From assembly GCA_023898425.1 (NCBI GenBank), contig CP060222.1, positions 870,001 to 902,000 on the forward strand: DNA of 32,000 nt. Reading direction: 5' to 3'. Origin of the DNA: Candidatus Saccharimonadota bacterium. GTDB taxonomy: Bacteria > Patescibacteriota > Patescibacteriia > 2-12-FULL-60-25. Positions within the stretch are counted from its first letter, which is position 1. Each line of letters begins with the position of its first letter. This document shows, one piece after another, positions 9,090 through 18,705 of this stretch. Made by a program: the position numbers and the translations under genes. Under the pieces are notes generated by a model. The model had not been told where the DNA came from, made no database searches, and saw nothing but the letters and a program-made list of their open reading frames with translations.

Positions 9090-10061
9090 ATGAAATGGAT
9101 CTTGGGGCTTTTTCTTGCCCTCTTGCCGCTCCAAGTATCGGCCACGACGTTTTTTCCTGAAGATAAAACGTTATTGAATAGCTATTCTCATGAGAGTCAG
9201 TTTCTTATGGACGAAAGCATTGTTATCGAACAGCCCGTGCAAGGTGATGTTTTTTGTATGGGACTGAACGTAACCATTGATGCACCCGTTTATGGAGATG
9301 TGCTTTGCGCTGCAAAAACGATCTCTATCAACGCACCAGTGACGGGCGATATTCGCCTTATTGCACTTAACACAACGGTTTCAGCGGATGTACAGCAAAG
9401 AGCAACGATCATTAGCTCTACGCTAAATATAAATACCGGCGCTAGACTACACTCTGAGTGGTACGTCTGGTCCAAAAAGTTGTTTCACAACTTTTTCCTG
9501 ATCAAGAACGGTTTATACAATTAAAACCTCTCTTTGGTTTTAAAACGGCGTTATCAAAACAAGACTACCTCTACAGACTCTTCCAGAGATATCTTATTTC
9601 AATCGCATCTGCACTTACTTTCGCTTTTATTCTTAGCGCTATTTTTCCGAAACGGATCGAAGATGCTTATGAGCAAATCATCGTCAAAAACGTTATACCT
9701 TGCTTTGGGGGCATGGCTCGCAATGGGTATCCCTGTTTTGGCGCTCTTATGTATCTTTACTATTATTGGTATTCCTATTGGCTTTGCATTACTTGCGATC
9801 TGGTTAGCTTTTGTTTATTCGGCACAACTCTTGGCTGGTGGATTATTAGGTCATGTACTCGCACAACATTTTCAGCCGAGTAAAAGGCGCATGCTACTTT
9901 TATCGCCCGGCATTGGGATTCCGCTTTTATGGCTATTCTTTTACATTCCATTTATCGGATGGCTATTTCGTCTCATCGCTATTTGTATAGGATTTGCCGG
10001 CATGTGGTATGGAGCTGAGTCGCTCATGAAACGTCGTGTAAAAGTCCCATGGCGCACATAA
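9090..10061 (+). pseudogene. secreted bactofilin-repeat (polymer-forming cytoskeletal-like) protein with a C-terminal multi-TM domain, interrupted by two frameshifts
   Basis: Signal peptide MKWILGLFLALLPLQVSA, then bactofilin-type repeats (PVQGDVFCMGLNVTIDAPVYGDVLCAAKTISINAPVTGDI). The reading frame moves from the 9090 frame to the 9458 frame and back to the original frame (9534 ORF). Each candidate shift region contains an A5 run (9474-9478 and 9686-9690). Confidence 0.6.
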
Positions 10062-10092
10062 AAAACACCTCGAGACTATCGAGGTGTTTTTT
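10060..10092. terminator. bidirectional terminator between the bactofilin-like gene and rnpB
   Basis: aaaaaaCACCTCGAgactaTCGAGGTGtttttt: 8-bp stem with an A-run upstream and a T-run downstream. Confidence 0.8.
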
Positions 10093-10096
10093 ATGT

Positions 10097-10516
10097 GCGA
10101 GATAAGACGATAAGCCGAGTTCTGTCACCCGATACTCTTGCCAATAACGGGGGATGACTATCTCTCTGGGATGCTGGTTGCCCATCACCTCAAGCGAACG
10201 ACCATACTTTGGTCTTACGACCTCAGAATTTGTTCTTGCACCAGGAAGGGTTTGCCGCGAACCACTGTTACCAATGGCCGAGAAGGCTGGCAGCAATTCT
10301 TGCGAAAAACCACCCGACTTCACTTTTCACCTTTCATCCACTTACGTGGACTAGTATTGTCTCTGTGGCACTTTCCCTCGGTTTACTCCTCGATTGCTCT
10401 CGAAGCTATATCCGGGCGGTCATTAGCCGCTTCCGCCTTCACTCACCTTGCGATGAGATCGGTGCTCGGACTTTCCTCCCCAACGTAAACGTTAGGGCAG
10501 TCATCTGTCTTACCTA
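10097..10516 (-). ncRNA. rnpB: RNase P RNA (bacterial type A)
   Basis: The minus strand carries the universal motifs GAGGAAAGTCCGAGC (reverse complement of 10464-10478) and ACAGAACTCGGCTTAT (reverse complement of 10110-10125), plus AGTGCCACAGAGA. The termini can pair as P1 (AGGTAAGAC / GTCTTATCT). Only short overlapping ORFs occur here. Ends are +/-5 nt. Confidence 0.88.
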
Positions 10517-10524
10517 GCGGGCGA

Positions 10525-10553
10525 ATACTAGATTATTTTGCTTGTTTTGTCTA
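10525..10553 (-). promoter_or_regulatory. putative rnpB promoter
   Basis: Minus strand: TAGACA (10553-10548), 17-nt spacer, TAGTAT (10530-10525), about 9 nt upstream of the predicted rnpB 5' end. Confidence 0.45.
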
Positions 10554-10586
10554 CTTTCATCCATCGCGCGAATCATCTCCCTCATT

Positions 10587-10612
10587 CCCTCTTCTTTATT
10601 TAAAGAAGAGGG
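10587..10612. repeat. perfect polypyrimidine/polypurine palindrome upstream of the DUF559 gene
   Basis: CCCTCTTCTTTA-TT-TAAAGAAGAGGG, an 11-12 bp stem. Confidence 0.7.
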
Positions 10613-10709
10613 AGGTCTAACTCAAGCCGCTCCTTTAGGGAGGGTAGGTACCCCGTTGGATCCTTTTACTGTTTGACGAAGTAGCGAATATTGTGGAACG
10701 GGGTATATC

Positions 10710-11063
10710 ATGCGCTACTTACCCTATAACAAAGCACTTAGAAAGCGTTCACAAGAAATGAGAAAAGTTCCTACCAAGGCTGAGAAACACTTTTGGAATG
10801 TCGTATTACCCAAGAGTAAGCTTGGTCACTATCGCTGGAATCGGCAAAAACCATTACTTCAGTTTATTGTAGATTTTTATTATGCAGAATTGAAGCTCGT
10901 TATTGAAATTGATGGCGACATTCATCAGCTTCAATGTGACTATGATCGGTCGAGAGACGAAGTGTTAGCTTCGTACAATTTACAAACCATACGATTTACC
11001 AATGAAACAGTGTTAAATGATTGCAGTAAATGTATTTTAGCGTTGAATGATTTCCTCCTTTAA
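10710..11063 (+). CDS. DUF559 (Vsr/restriction-endonuclease-like) domain protein
   Basis: 117-aa ORF. The motif layout is typical of DUF559: KAEKHFWNVV, RWNRQKPLLQFIVDFYYAELKLVIEIDGDIH, VLASYNLQTIRFTNETV. Confidence 0.85.
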   Translation: MRYLPYNKALRKRSQEMRKVPTKAEKHFWNVVLPKSKLGHYRWNRQKPLLQFIVDFYYAELKLVIEIDGDIHQLQCDYDRSRDEVLASYNLQTIRFTNETVLNDCSKCILALNDFLL

Positions 11064-11075
11064 ATAAAGGAGGAA
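11052..11075. repeat. palindrome spanning the DUF559 stop codon
   Basis: TTCCTCCTTTAAATAAAGGAGGAA, a 10-11 bp stem with the TAA stop in the loop. Its design resembles the palindrome at 10587-10612. Confidence 0.7.
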
Positions 11076-11090
11076 CACAAGGTGGATTTG

Positions 11091-12783
11091 CTACCAACTC
11101 CCTCCGCCTCCTCCACCTCCACCGCCGCCGGAGCCGCCTCCCGAAAAGCCAGAACCACCGGATCCTGATGACGAAGGCGCTGCATAGGAGCTCGACATGT
11201 CAGACTCCATGGCATGAACCGTATTTACAAAAGAACCTACGTTAAAATTATTGTACCCTTGTACATACTCAGGCGAAGGCACTTGCATGTCTTTAAATTG
11301 GTTCGCCCATTTCTTTTCTACTCCAAACAAGACAGCCGCTGGCAAAAAACGTGCAAACTGTTCTGGTTTTTTTTCAGGCGCATCAGTAAATGCTAAGCGC
11401 TTTTCTTCTGTTACGGAGAGAAAAGTTTTAAAGCCTTTGATTTCTTCTCGAACAATAGCACCTTTACGCGTCACGCGCGGCATATAATGCGCAAAAAACA
11501 TCATAATGATACCGCTTATAATCGAGCTCACTATCATGAGAGAACCAAGAAAAGCTGTGAGTGTCATCATCATAATAACGGGTACAGCAAATGCAGCGGT
11601 ATACCATAACCCTCTTACGATGCCTGGACGCTTATCGTAATAGCCATCATTTACTAATTGTTTAACCGTTAACTCACGAGCTTTCGAAACAGCAATATAG
11701 AGATCGTCAACACGTTTGTCTGTGTCCACTCGATCGCCTTCGGAAAAAACCCCGTCAAAAAGCGTTCGTTCTGCATCATTCATACCACTATCTGCCTTTC
11801 GATCTTTGACCAAAAACATTTTTTTGTTTTTCTCACCTTCGTATTCAACGTGCATATATCCTCTACGCGCTAAATCTAATAGCGCTGCCGTTACTGCGCG
11901 AGAGGTAACAGATTCATCTAGCAACCCTGACATTTGTAATACGTTTAATTTATATGGTTCTTCGTATTGAGCAATGATTGTTCCTCGGCCTTTTGGATCT
12001 CGTCCTTTAAACCACCAGATGCCATACATCACAAAGAAAACAACAAACGGCGTTGCAGCCCAAGCATTATCAACCATCCAAAATAGAATTTTATCACTTG
12101 TACTTACCGGTAATACTGACTCTAGTGGAAATCGAAATGCCACCGTTAACCCTTCGCGAGCAGAGAGAGGTTTCGTTAATCGCGTCTCATAAACATCACC
12201 TGTTTTCGTTATCGAACAGGCTTTTTGTGTTGATCCATAGACACCGGTAAAACAAGTAGAATCTACCTGCTTCAACCGGACCACGCATGGTAAGCGATGA
12301 TGAAAGGATGGGTACATTCCAACCGTTACCTGTCACATTCCAATACCATTCAACAACATCTTCGTCCGGAAAGTCGTTAAGCGCACGATTGACGTTATAT
12401 CGAATAACATAGGTATGCTTACCCGTTATCGTCTTATCACCTTCACCGATTTTTAGATTTGTTTCATTTGGATTTTTTGTTTTTGTGTAGATAGCTTTAT
12501 TACCATCTTGGGTAACGCTTACGAGGTCTAACAATAGATAATATCTTCCGCCATTACGATCATAGCCCGTTGGGATATAACGATAGATCCCATGTCTAAA
12601 TTGTGAACCAAAATCATATTCGATCGTTTCTTCTACGGTGATACGACGATCTTTATTGATTGTAGCAACAACATCAAAACGTGTGATTTGTTCTGGGCGA
12701 AGGGTTTGAGCGCCTACCCATTGTGGCAACGCTAACATCAACAAAAAGACACTCGTATAGAGCCAACGATACAGATACTTCAT
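11091..12783 (-). pseudogene. DUF2207 family membrane protein with a poly-Gly tail, split by one frameshift
   Basis: The N-terminal piece (start ATG 12783, signal peptide MKYLYRWLYTSVFLLMLALP, then ITVEETIEYDFGSQFRHGIYRYIP) and the C-terminal piece (..CFTGVYGSTQKAC.., TM helices, GGGSGGGGGGGGGGSW tail) lie in different frames. They overlap at about 12196-12317. Confidence 0.75.
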
Positions 12784-13649
12784 AGTAGCTAGATGGTAGA
12801 ACGTTATATCTATCGAGGGCAACTTAAAACCCCGAAGATAGCGGGGTTTAAGAAAGTGATGTCGCATTTTTAGGAGTGCGGGCGATATTTGCAAGGCTGC
12901 TTGGATGCAGCCAACGAGAAGCTTGTTGAAGCAACTGGATCGTAATGTGAGTTGTTACCAGCATCGCTGAATGACAATAATAACATCGTTATTTTCACTT
13001 GGTTGAAGTAAATACCAGTGCATGAACAGGGCGGATGTCAACATTGTGCAATGCGCCAAAGGTAACACAGCAAAGCGTTGCGAACACTGCGTTGTTTTGG
13101 TGTGTCTAAAAGGTGCATGGAGAACCTCCGTACAGCGCCATATGGTCTGCCTCGCCAAGAAAATTGTCAATAGATATGAAATCACCCCCAGCTTAGTTAA
13201 GCCGAGGGCGTCAGAATAAGCTCAATCCGGTGAAGGATACATTGAGAGCCAGTAGAATATGAACAAAGAGCTTGTTTGCCTCGCTCAATGCTATACAACA
13301 AAGCGATGGCCGTTATATGAAAAAGCGTGAGAGCGGTGGTGACGGTGACCCGAATACTATCACTATCTCAAGAGGGCTGATTTTTTTAGCGATTGAAATT
13401 CCACAAAGAATAGGTGAGCCTATCAGCGCGCAAAGCAGTGATAAGCAAACGACACCAATCAAACACCTTTCACTTCGTGTCGTAACGCACAGGTTAGAGA
13501 ACTTTTTCTTCATTGCTAACACCTCCCGGATAGTAGGACAGCTGCAGACAATGAGTAGGTAATAATACGTTATATCGTACGATCGTCAAGTTAACCGGCT
13601 AATTATAGATTCAGAGACAAAATACCAATAAACAGTTACACTACCACGT

Positions 13650-14579
13650 ATGTTCTCTGCAAAAATAAAGCGCTTACTTACCGAGAATCAGGTACTCGTT
13701 ATTCTTCTCGGAGTTATCTTGGGCATTACTCTCCCCTCGCAGCTAAACTTTATCAATGCGTACTCTACGCAATTACTGATATTAGTCTTCTTTTTTCTAG
13801 CTTAAGACTTTCGCTAGATGAGGTGGTGGGCTATACGCCAAAGATTGGCGCATGACGTTATTTGCAAGCATCTACATGCTCATTGTGATGCCGTTTGCGT
13901 TGTTTTTTTCAGCCTCTTTTTTACCCACAGAATGGTCAGTGGCACTGCTTATTTTAGGCGCGATGCCTACGGGTACCACTATTGCGCTCATGGCAGAGAA
14001 TTTTTTGGAGGTAAAACATCGCCTCGCTCTTGTTATTACAACCATTCACCTCATTACTTGCGCCGCTCACTATTCCGTTTGTAAGCAAGGTAGCTATTGG
14101 TACTACGGTAGAAATTGATACGGCACGCATGTTTATCTCTCTCTTTCTTACTATTGTTGCCCCGTTTGCCCTTGGGGTTCTTGTTCAAAAGCGGTGCCAA
14201 AACAAATAAAAAGCGTGATGCCCTTTGGCGTAATATCTCGGTCATTGCTTTTGGCTTTCTTATCACGGGTATTGTCGCGGATTCTGCTGGCGAAGGTATT
14301 ACGTTTACTCTCACCGATGGTGGTATCATGCTTTTTGCGATGGCGCTTCTTGGAGCGCTCACGTGGGGTGGATATTATATCGCTACCTGGCGACAGCCGT
14401 CAGAGCGCGTTACGATCGCACTTTGTATGCTTTATATGAACAATACGCTCGCGCTCTTTGTTGGCGATAAGTTCTTTCGTGAGCTAGGTATTGTTCCAAA
14501 ACAGGTGCTCTTACTCTTGGTGGTTAATGCATTGCTACCCGCCGTTAAAATAGCCGCTCAACATGTCACAAAAACCTAA
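13650..14579 (+). pseudogene. bile acid:Na+ symporter (BASS/SBF)-like permease with about six frameshifts
   Basis: Joining pieces from all three frames gives a continuous permease-like sequence: ..FFSSLRLSLDEVVGYTPK..MTLFASIYMLIVMPFALFF..LLILGAMPTGTTIALMAENFFGGKTSLALVITTI..LLAPLTIPFVSKVAIGTTVEIDTARMFISLFLTIVAPFALGVLVQK..ITGIVADSAG..CMLYMNNTLALFVGDKFF... Shifts fall at or near the T6 runs 13791-13796 and 14001-14006 and the A4 run near 14185. Confidence 0.6.
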
Positions 14580-14622
14580 AAACCCTTTCTTTCGTTCGCT
14601 CATCGATAACCCTACCACTCCT

Positions 14623-15615
<993 letters not shown>

Positions 15616-15624
15616 CCCTTAAAA

Positions 15625-15656
15625 CACTCTCTTCTTTGACGAAGAGGGTGTTTTTT
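15625..15656 (+). terminator. intact rho-independent terminator after the broken dehydrogenase gene
   Basis: aaaaCACTCTCTTCtttgacGAAGAGGGTGtttttt: 10-bp stem and a T6 run. Confidence 0.8.
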
Positions 15657-15701
15657 GCTTAGATCTTCGTTATTTGCTCTTTTCACACCCTAAGAGGACT
15701 C

Positions 15702-16714
15702 ATGAGAAATGAACGGAATGCAAACGAACCTATTCAGTTGCTAAAAGATCGGCGGCGGATTGGCGGGCTCACTCAACAAGAAACCGTAGAAGCCATCATA
15801 GAATATCAATCCTCGCGATGACGCCAGTCGCAAACGAGATCTCGAAGAGCTTGTTATCTCGACGCATTTACCTGGGGCATTACTGAGAATCATAAAGCCG
15901 CATCATCAGTATGCAGCACGAAGAACTCCTTTCCTCGTCTATTTTGCGATGAAAAAAGCAATGAACCGTTTTAATCCAAAAAAGAATACGACATTTCTTA
16001 CATACCTGCGTTTGTGGATGAGAAATGAGTTACAGAGAAATCGTACGGATGAAGAGTTTCGTCTCTACAGACAACCATTCGAAAGAAATGCTCTCTATCT
16101 AGCATGCAAATCCATCGATGCGCAGCTACACAATCATTGGGGACATACCCTCCATCACTGATATCCATCAGGAGGGTGTTCGTAGAAAAAACCCATTATT
16201 TGTAAATAAGCATGGCATCATCTCAATAAAAGGTCTTGCCGACCTCATCGCTGAGATGGAAATACCGATCATGTCCCTTCAGACAGAGCGGCACAATGAG
16301 TATGAATATCTGTCATCACATACGTCTCTAAGCCCTTCTTCAAGAGCGCTCATCCATGAGCTACATGCAAATGCAAAAGGCCTTTTGAAGACTATCTGTC
16401 ATTTCTTGTCAGCCAACTTGGTTTTATGGAAGCCGATCTCTGCCTCGAATATCTTTTTATTGGAAAAAACCTACAAAGACGCAGGCTCAATACACCAGCT
16501 CTCAAGAGAGCGTGTACGTAAGATTATCTCGGTGCAAATACCCGAATGTTTTTCTGAACTGGGCTGGCATTCACCAAGCATTCTTTCTGAGCTCGCTGCA
16601 ATCACTTTGCTCACGTATGAGTTTTGTGGAGATACACCCAGTCCAATCTTGGAACGGCTATCGAACCTAAACCACGAGCTCACCGAAGTAAGCCTTTTCG
16701 ACGTTTACCGATAA
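15702..16714 (+). pseudogene. sigma-70 family-like protein, multiply frameshifted
   Basis: ATG 15702 follows AAGAGG. Region 2-like FAMKKAMNRFNPKKNTTFLTYLRLWMRNELQR and region 4-like AGSIHQLSRERVRKII occur in different frames. An EELLSSSIL piece sits in a third frame. I count at least 3 frame changes. Domain assignment is moderate confidence only. Confidence 0.5.
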
Positions 16715-16919
16715 CGTAGACTATCTATCCGTCTTTCATCGATTGAGAGAAACCATAGCCAAAATAGACGGTATGAGCCTATCATCTTTAAGCGTAGCAA
16801 AAGCACTCCCTATCGCTCTGCCAAAGAGCGATACGAGATAGCGTGTCGCTCTCAAGATCTACCGTCACAACTGAAGACGACACAAGATCTGCTTCAAGCG
16901 CTTCGCGTGACGCAGCTTC

Positions 16920-17189
16920 ATGACGAACCCCCAAGATCAACGACTTTTTCCATTTGGAAGAGAGACGTTATATCTTCTGTATTCTGATACGCATTCTCGA
17001 ACGTCTATTGATGACCTTCTGAGCAAAGCGCATAGACAAGGCGACATCATCCTTTATCGTAACGCCATTCAAGGCGAGGCGATCAAGTTTTGGCCCTCTC
17101 CGGCATCTCCTGTTCTTGCGACCACAGAACACAAGCCTTCGGCAGATTCGGCCCTTTTCCTTTCCGGTAAGGTTAACGCCTCCTTCTAG
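16920..17189 (+). CDS. hypothetical protein (89-aa ORF)
   Basis: ORF track only. Upstream (16773-16920) there are further short open pieces in other frames, so this may also be a fragment. Confidence 0.3.
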   Translation: MTNPQDQRLFPFGRETLYLLYSDTHSRTSIDDLLSKAHRQGDIILYRNAIQGEAIKFWPSPASPVLATTEHKPSADSALFLSGKVNASF

Positions 17190-17240
17190 GGTATTTCATC
17201 ACCATCAGCGTCAACAACGTCTGATCGCCTAAAACTATTG

Positions 17241-17268
17241 CCCCATCTGCTTGATGGGGCTTTTCGTT
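17241..17268 (+). terminator. terminator-like hairpin
   Basis: CCCCATCtgcttGATGGGGcttttcgtt. It lies inside the 5' extension of ORF 17251, which argues that the real start of the next gene is ATG 17305. Confidence 0.5.
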
Positions 17269-17304
17269 GCCAGAATGCGCCAAGCGTACTACGCTATCTA
17301 TAGT

Positions 17305-17928
17305 ATGAAACGTTATTCATTTACAAAGCTCTTGCTTTCGCTTTCTGCGGTTGCCTTATTTGGTATTGGCTGCAATACAACAGCGCCCATTAAGACCCCT
17401 CCAGAAACAACAGCGGCGACACAAACAACATCCTCAACAGCAACAACAGCGACTCCTTCACCTACAGAAAATACTGTTGTGATCGATGACACTTGGGATT
17501 CTTATTCGAGTAAGTCAGGTTTTACTTTTCAATATCCAACAAAAGGACGCCTTACTCCAGAATGGTCCATTGATAATTTTGCCACCAACGATGCAAAGGT
17601 CTTGGATGGTTGTTATTTAGATGGATCTAGTGAACGAGATGGCTCTCGCACAAAGATAAAGATCGATAATACCGAGTTCTGTGTAACAAGAACGGCTGAC
17701 CCAGGCGCAGGACAAGTTTACTATGCGGATAATTATGCTTTCGAGAACGGTCGAAGTATCACCGTCATCACTTTTGTAAAACATTTTGCCAATGGATCAA
17801 ATTTTGAACGAGAAGCTTGCCACGGAAAAACAGTTGTTCCAGTTGGCGCAAATGATTGCGCCTTATTTGAAGAAGGTGACTATATCAATCTATTAGACTC
17901 TGTTATAAAAACATTTAGTAAAGAATAG
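17305..17928 (+). CDS. secreted protein or possible lipoprotein with a Thr-rich linker
   Basis: MKRYSFTKLLLSLSAVALFGIGC is a signal peptide ending in Cys (atypical lipobox). The linker is TTAATQTTSSTATTATPSPT. The globular C-terminal domain is of unknown family. Confidence 0.7.
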   Translation: MKRYSFTKLLLSLSAVALFGIGCNTTAPIKTPPETTAATQTTSSTATTATPSPTENTVVIDDTWDSYSSKSGFTFQYPTKGRLTPEWSIDNFATNDAKVLDGCYLDGSSERDGSRTKIKIDNTEFCVTRTADPGAGQVYYADNYAFENGRSITVITFVKHFANGSNFEREACHGKTVVPVGANDCALFEEGDYINLLDSVIKTFSKE

Positions 17929-17957
17929 TTCGTTCGTAAAAAAATCGATTGAATATC

Positions 17958-17986
17958 AAACGCGCTCGATAGCTTCGAGCGCGTTT
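17958..17986. terminator. bidirectional terminator between convergent genes
   Basis: AAACGCGCTCGAtagctTCGAGCGCGTTT, a 12-bp stem. Confidence 0.8.
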
Positions 17987-17991
17987 ATCGT

Positions 17992-18595
17992 TCAGATTAT
18001 TTTTTGTTCATAGGTGAGATGAACGGTAATGGTTGAGATGGGTACATTATGAACCCTGTCTTCAGCATGGGGCGGATCAGCACGAAAGTCCGTAACAATA
18101 CCGCCCGCCATATCAACGACCTTATGACCATAGATATTAAACGCATTTAGAAGCCAATGCTCTAATACATCAGGAATCCCACTAAAGGAGACTACGTGAT
18201 ATCCCGTGAGGACTTCTTTGTCACAGGATGACCGAAGTTAAACATCTGCACCATCAGCTTCGGCACAGCTTTTAATGCCGTTTCTGGTGAAGCGAGTTTA
18301 AGAAGGGCGCGATAGGCACCCGTCAGATCACGATTCGCCTGCCATTCGGTACGATGTTTGAGATACGTCTTAACCGGTTTTTTTGAAACACTGGCTTCAA
18401 TAGGTAGGAGCATAGGCACCCACATCACGTCATACATGGCGCTATCCAAGAATCGCTGCGACATAAAGGCGTGAAGATCTGTGTCTACCGCTGAACCGCT
18501 TCTAGGAGTCTTGGATATCCTCCATCTACTTCGCTATCAAAATAGCTTCTTGTGCCTGTATACAGGGTGCCTTTGGCAAGAAAGTTCGAGGTCAT
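17992..18595 (-). pseudogene. ~195-aa hypothetical protein (possibly DUF2378/TIGR02265-like) with two frameshifts
   Basis: Strong start (AAAGGAG, 5 nt, ATG at 18595). MTSNFLAKGTLYTGTRSYFDSEVDGGYPRLLEAV | VDTDLHAFMSQRFLDSAMYDV..FNFGHPVT | EVLTGYHVVSFSGIPDVLEHWLLNAFNIYGHKVVDMAGG..VHLTYEQKII lie in three frames. The family guess is weak. Confidence 0.5.
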
Positions 18596-18653
18596 ACCAA
18601 CTCCTTTCTAAGGTACTTTTTAGACGTTAGCGTCCATCAGCCTGATTGTCCAT

Positions 18654-18690
18654 ATAAAAAAAATACCCTGGCAAAAGCCAGGGTATTTTT
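18654..18690. terminator. bidirectional terminator
   Basis: aaaaaaaaaTACCCTGGCaaaaGCCAGGGTAttttt. Confidence 0.8.
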
Positions 18691-18705
18691 ATCTAATGTT
18701 CTATC

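Noticed and set aside
10024-10517. Four overlapping ORFs of 66-116 aa (both strands) at 10024-10517
   Set aside because: The region carries the universal RNase P RNA motifs and P1 pairing, so the ORFs are incidental.
11091-11170. Short-period GGN repeat tract as a possible CRISPR or tandem-repeat element
   Set aside because: It is the in-frame poly-Gly tail of the DUF2207 gene. It has no spacer/repeat organisation. I saw no CRISPR-like array anywhere in the window.
13211-13245. Hairpin CTCAATCC-GGTGAA-GGAT(ACAT)TGAG with faint resemblance to SRP RNA domain IV
   Set aside because: It lacks the conserved GGAA/AGCA loops and the flanking helix 5/8 context. It lies inside the eroded-gene region. 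This is not supportable without a covariance-model search.
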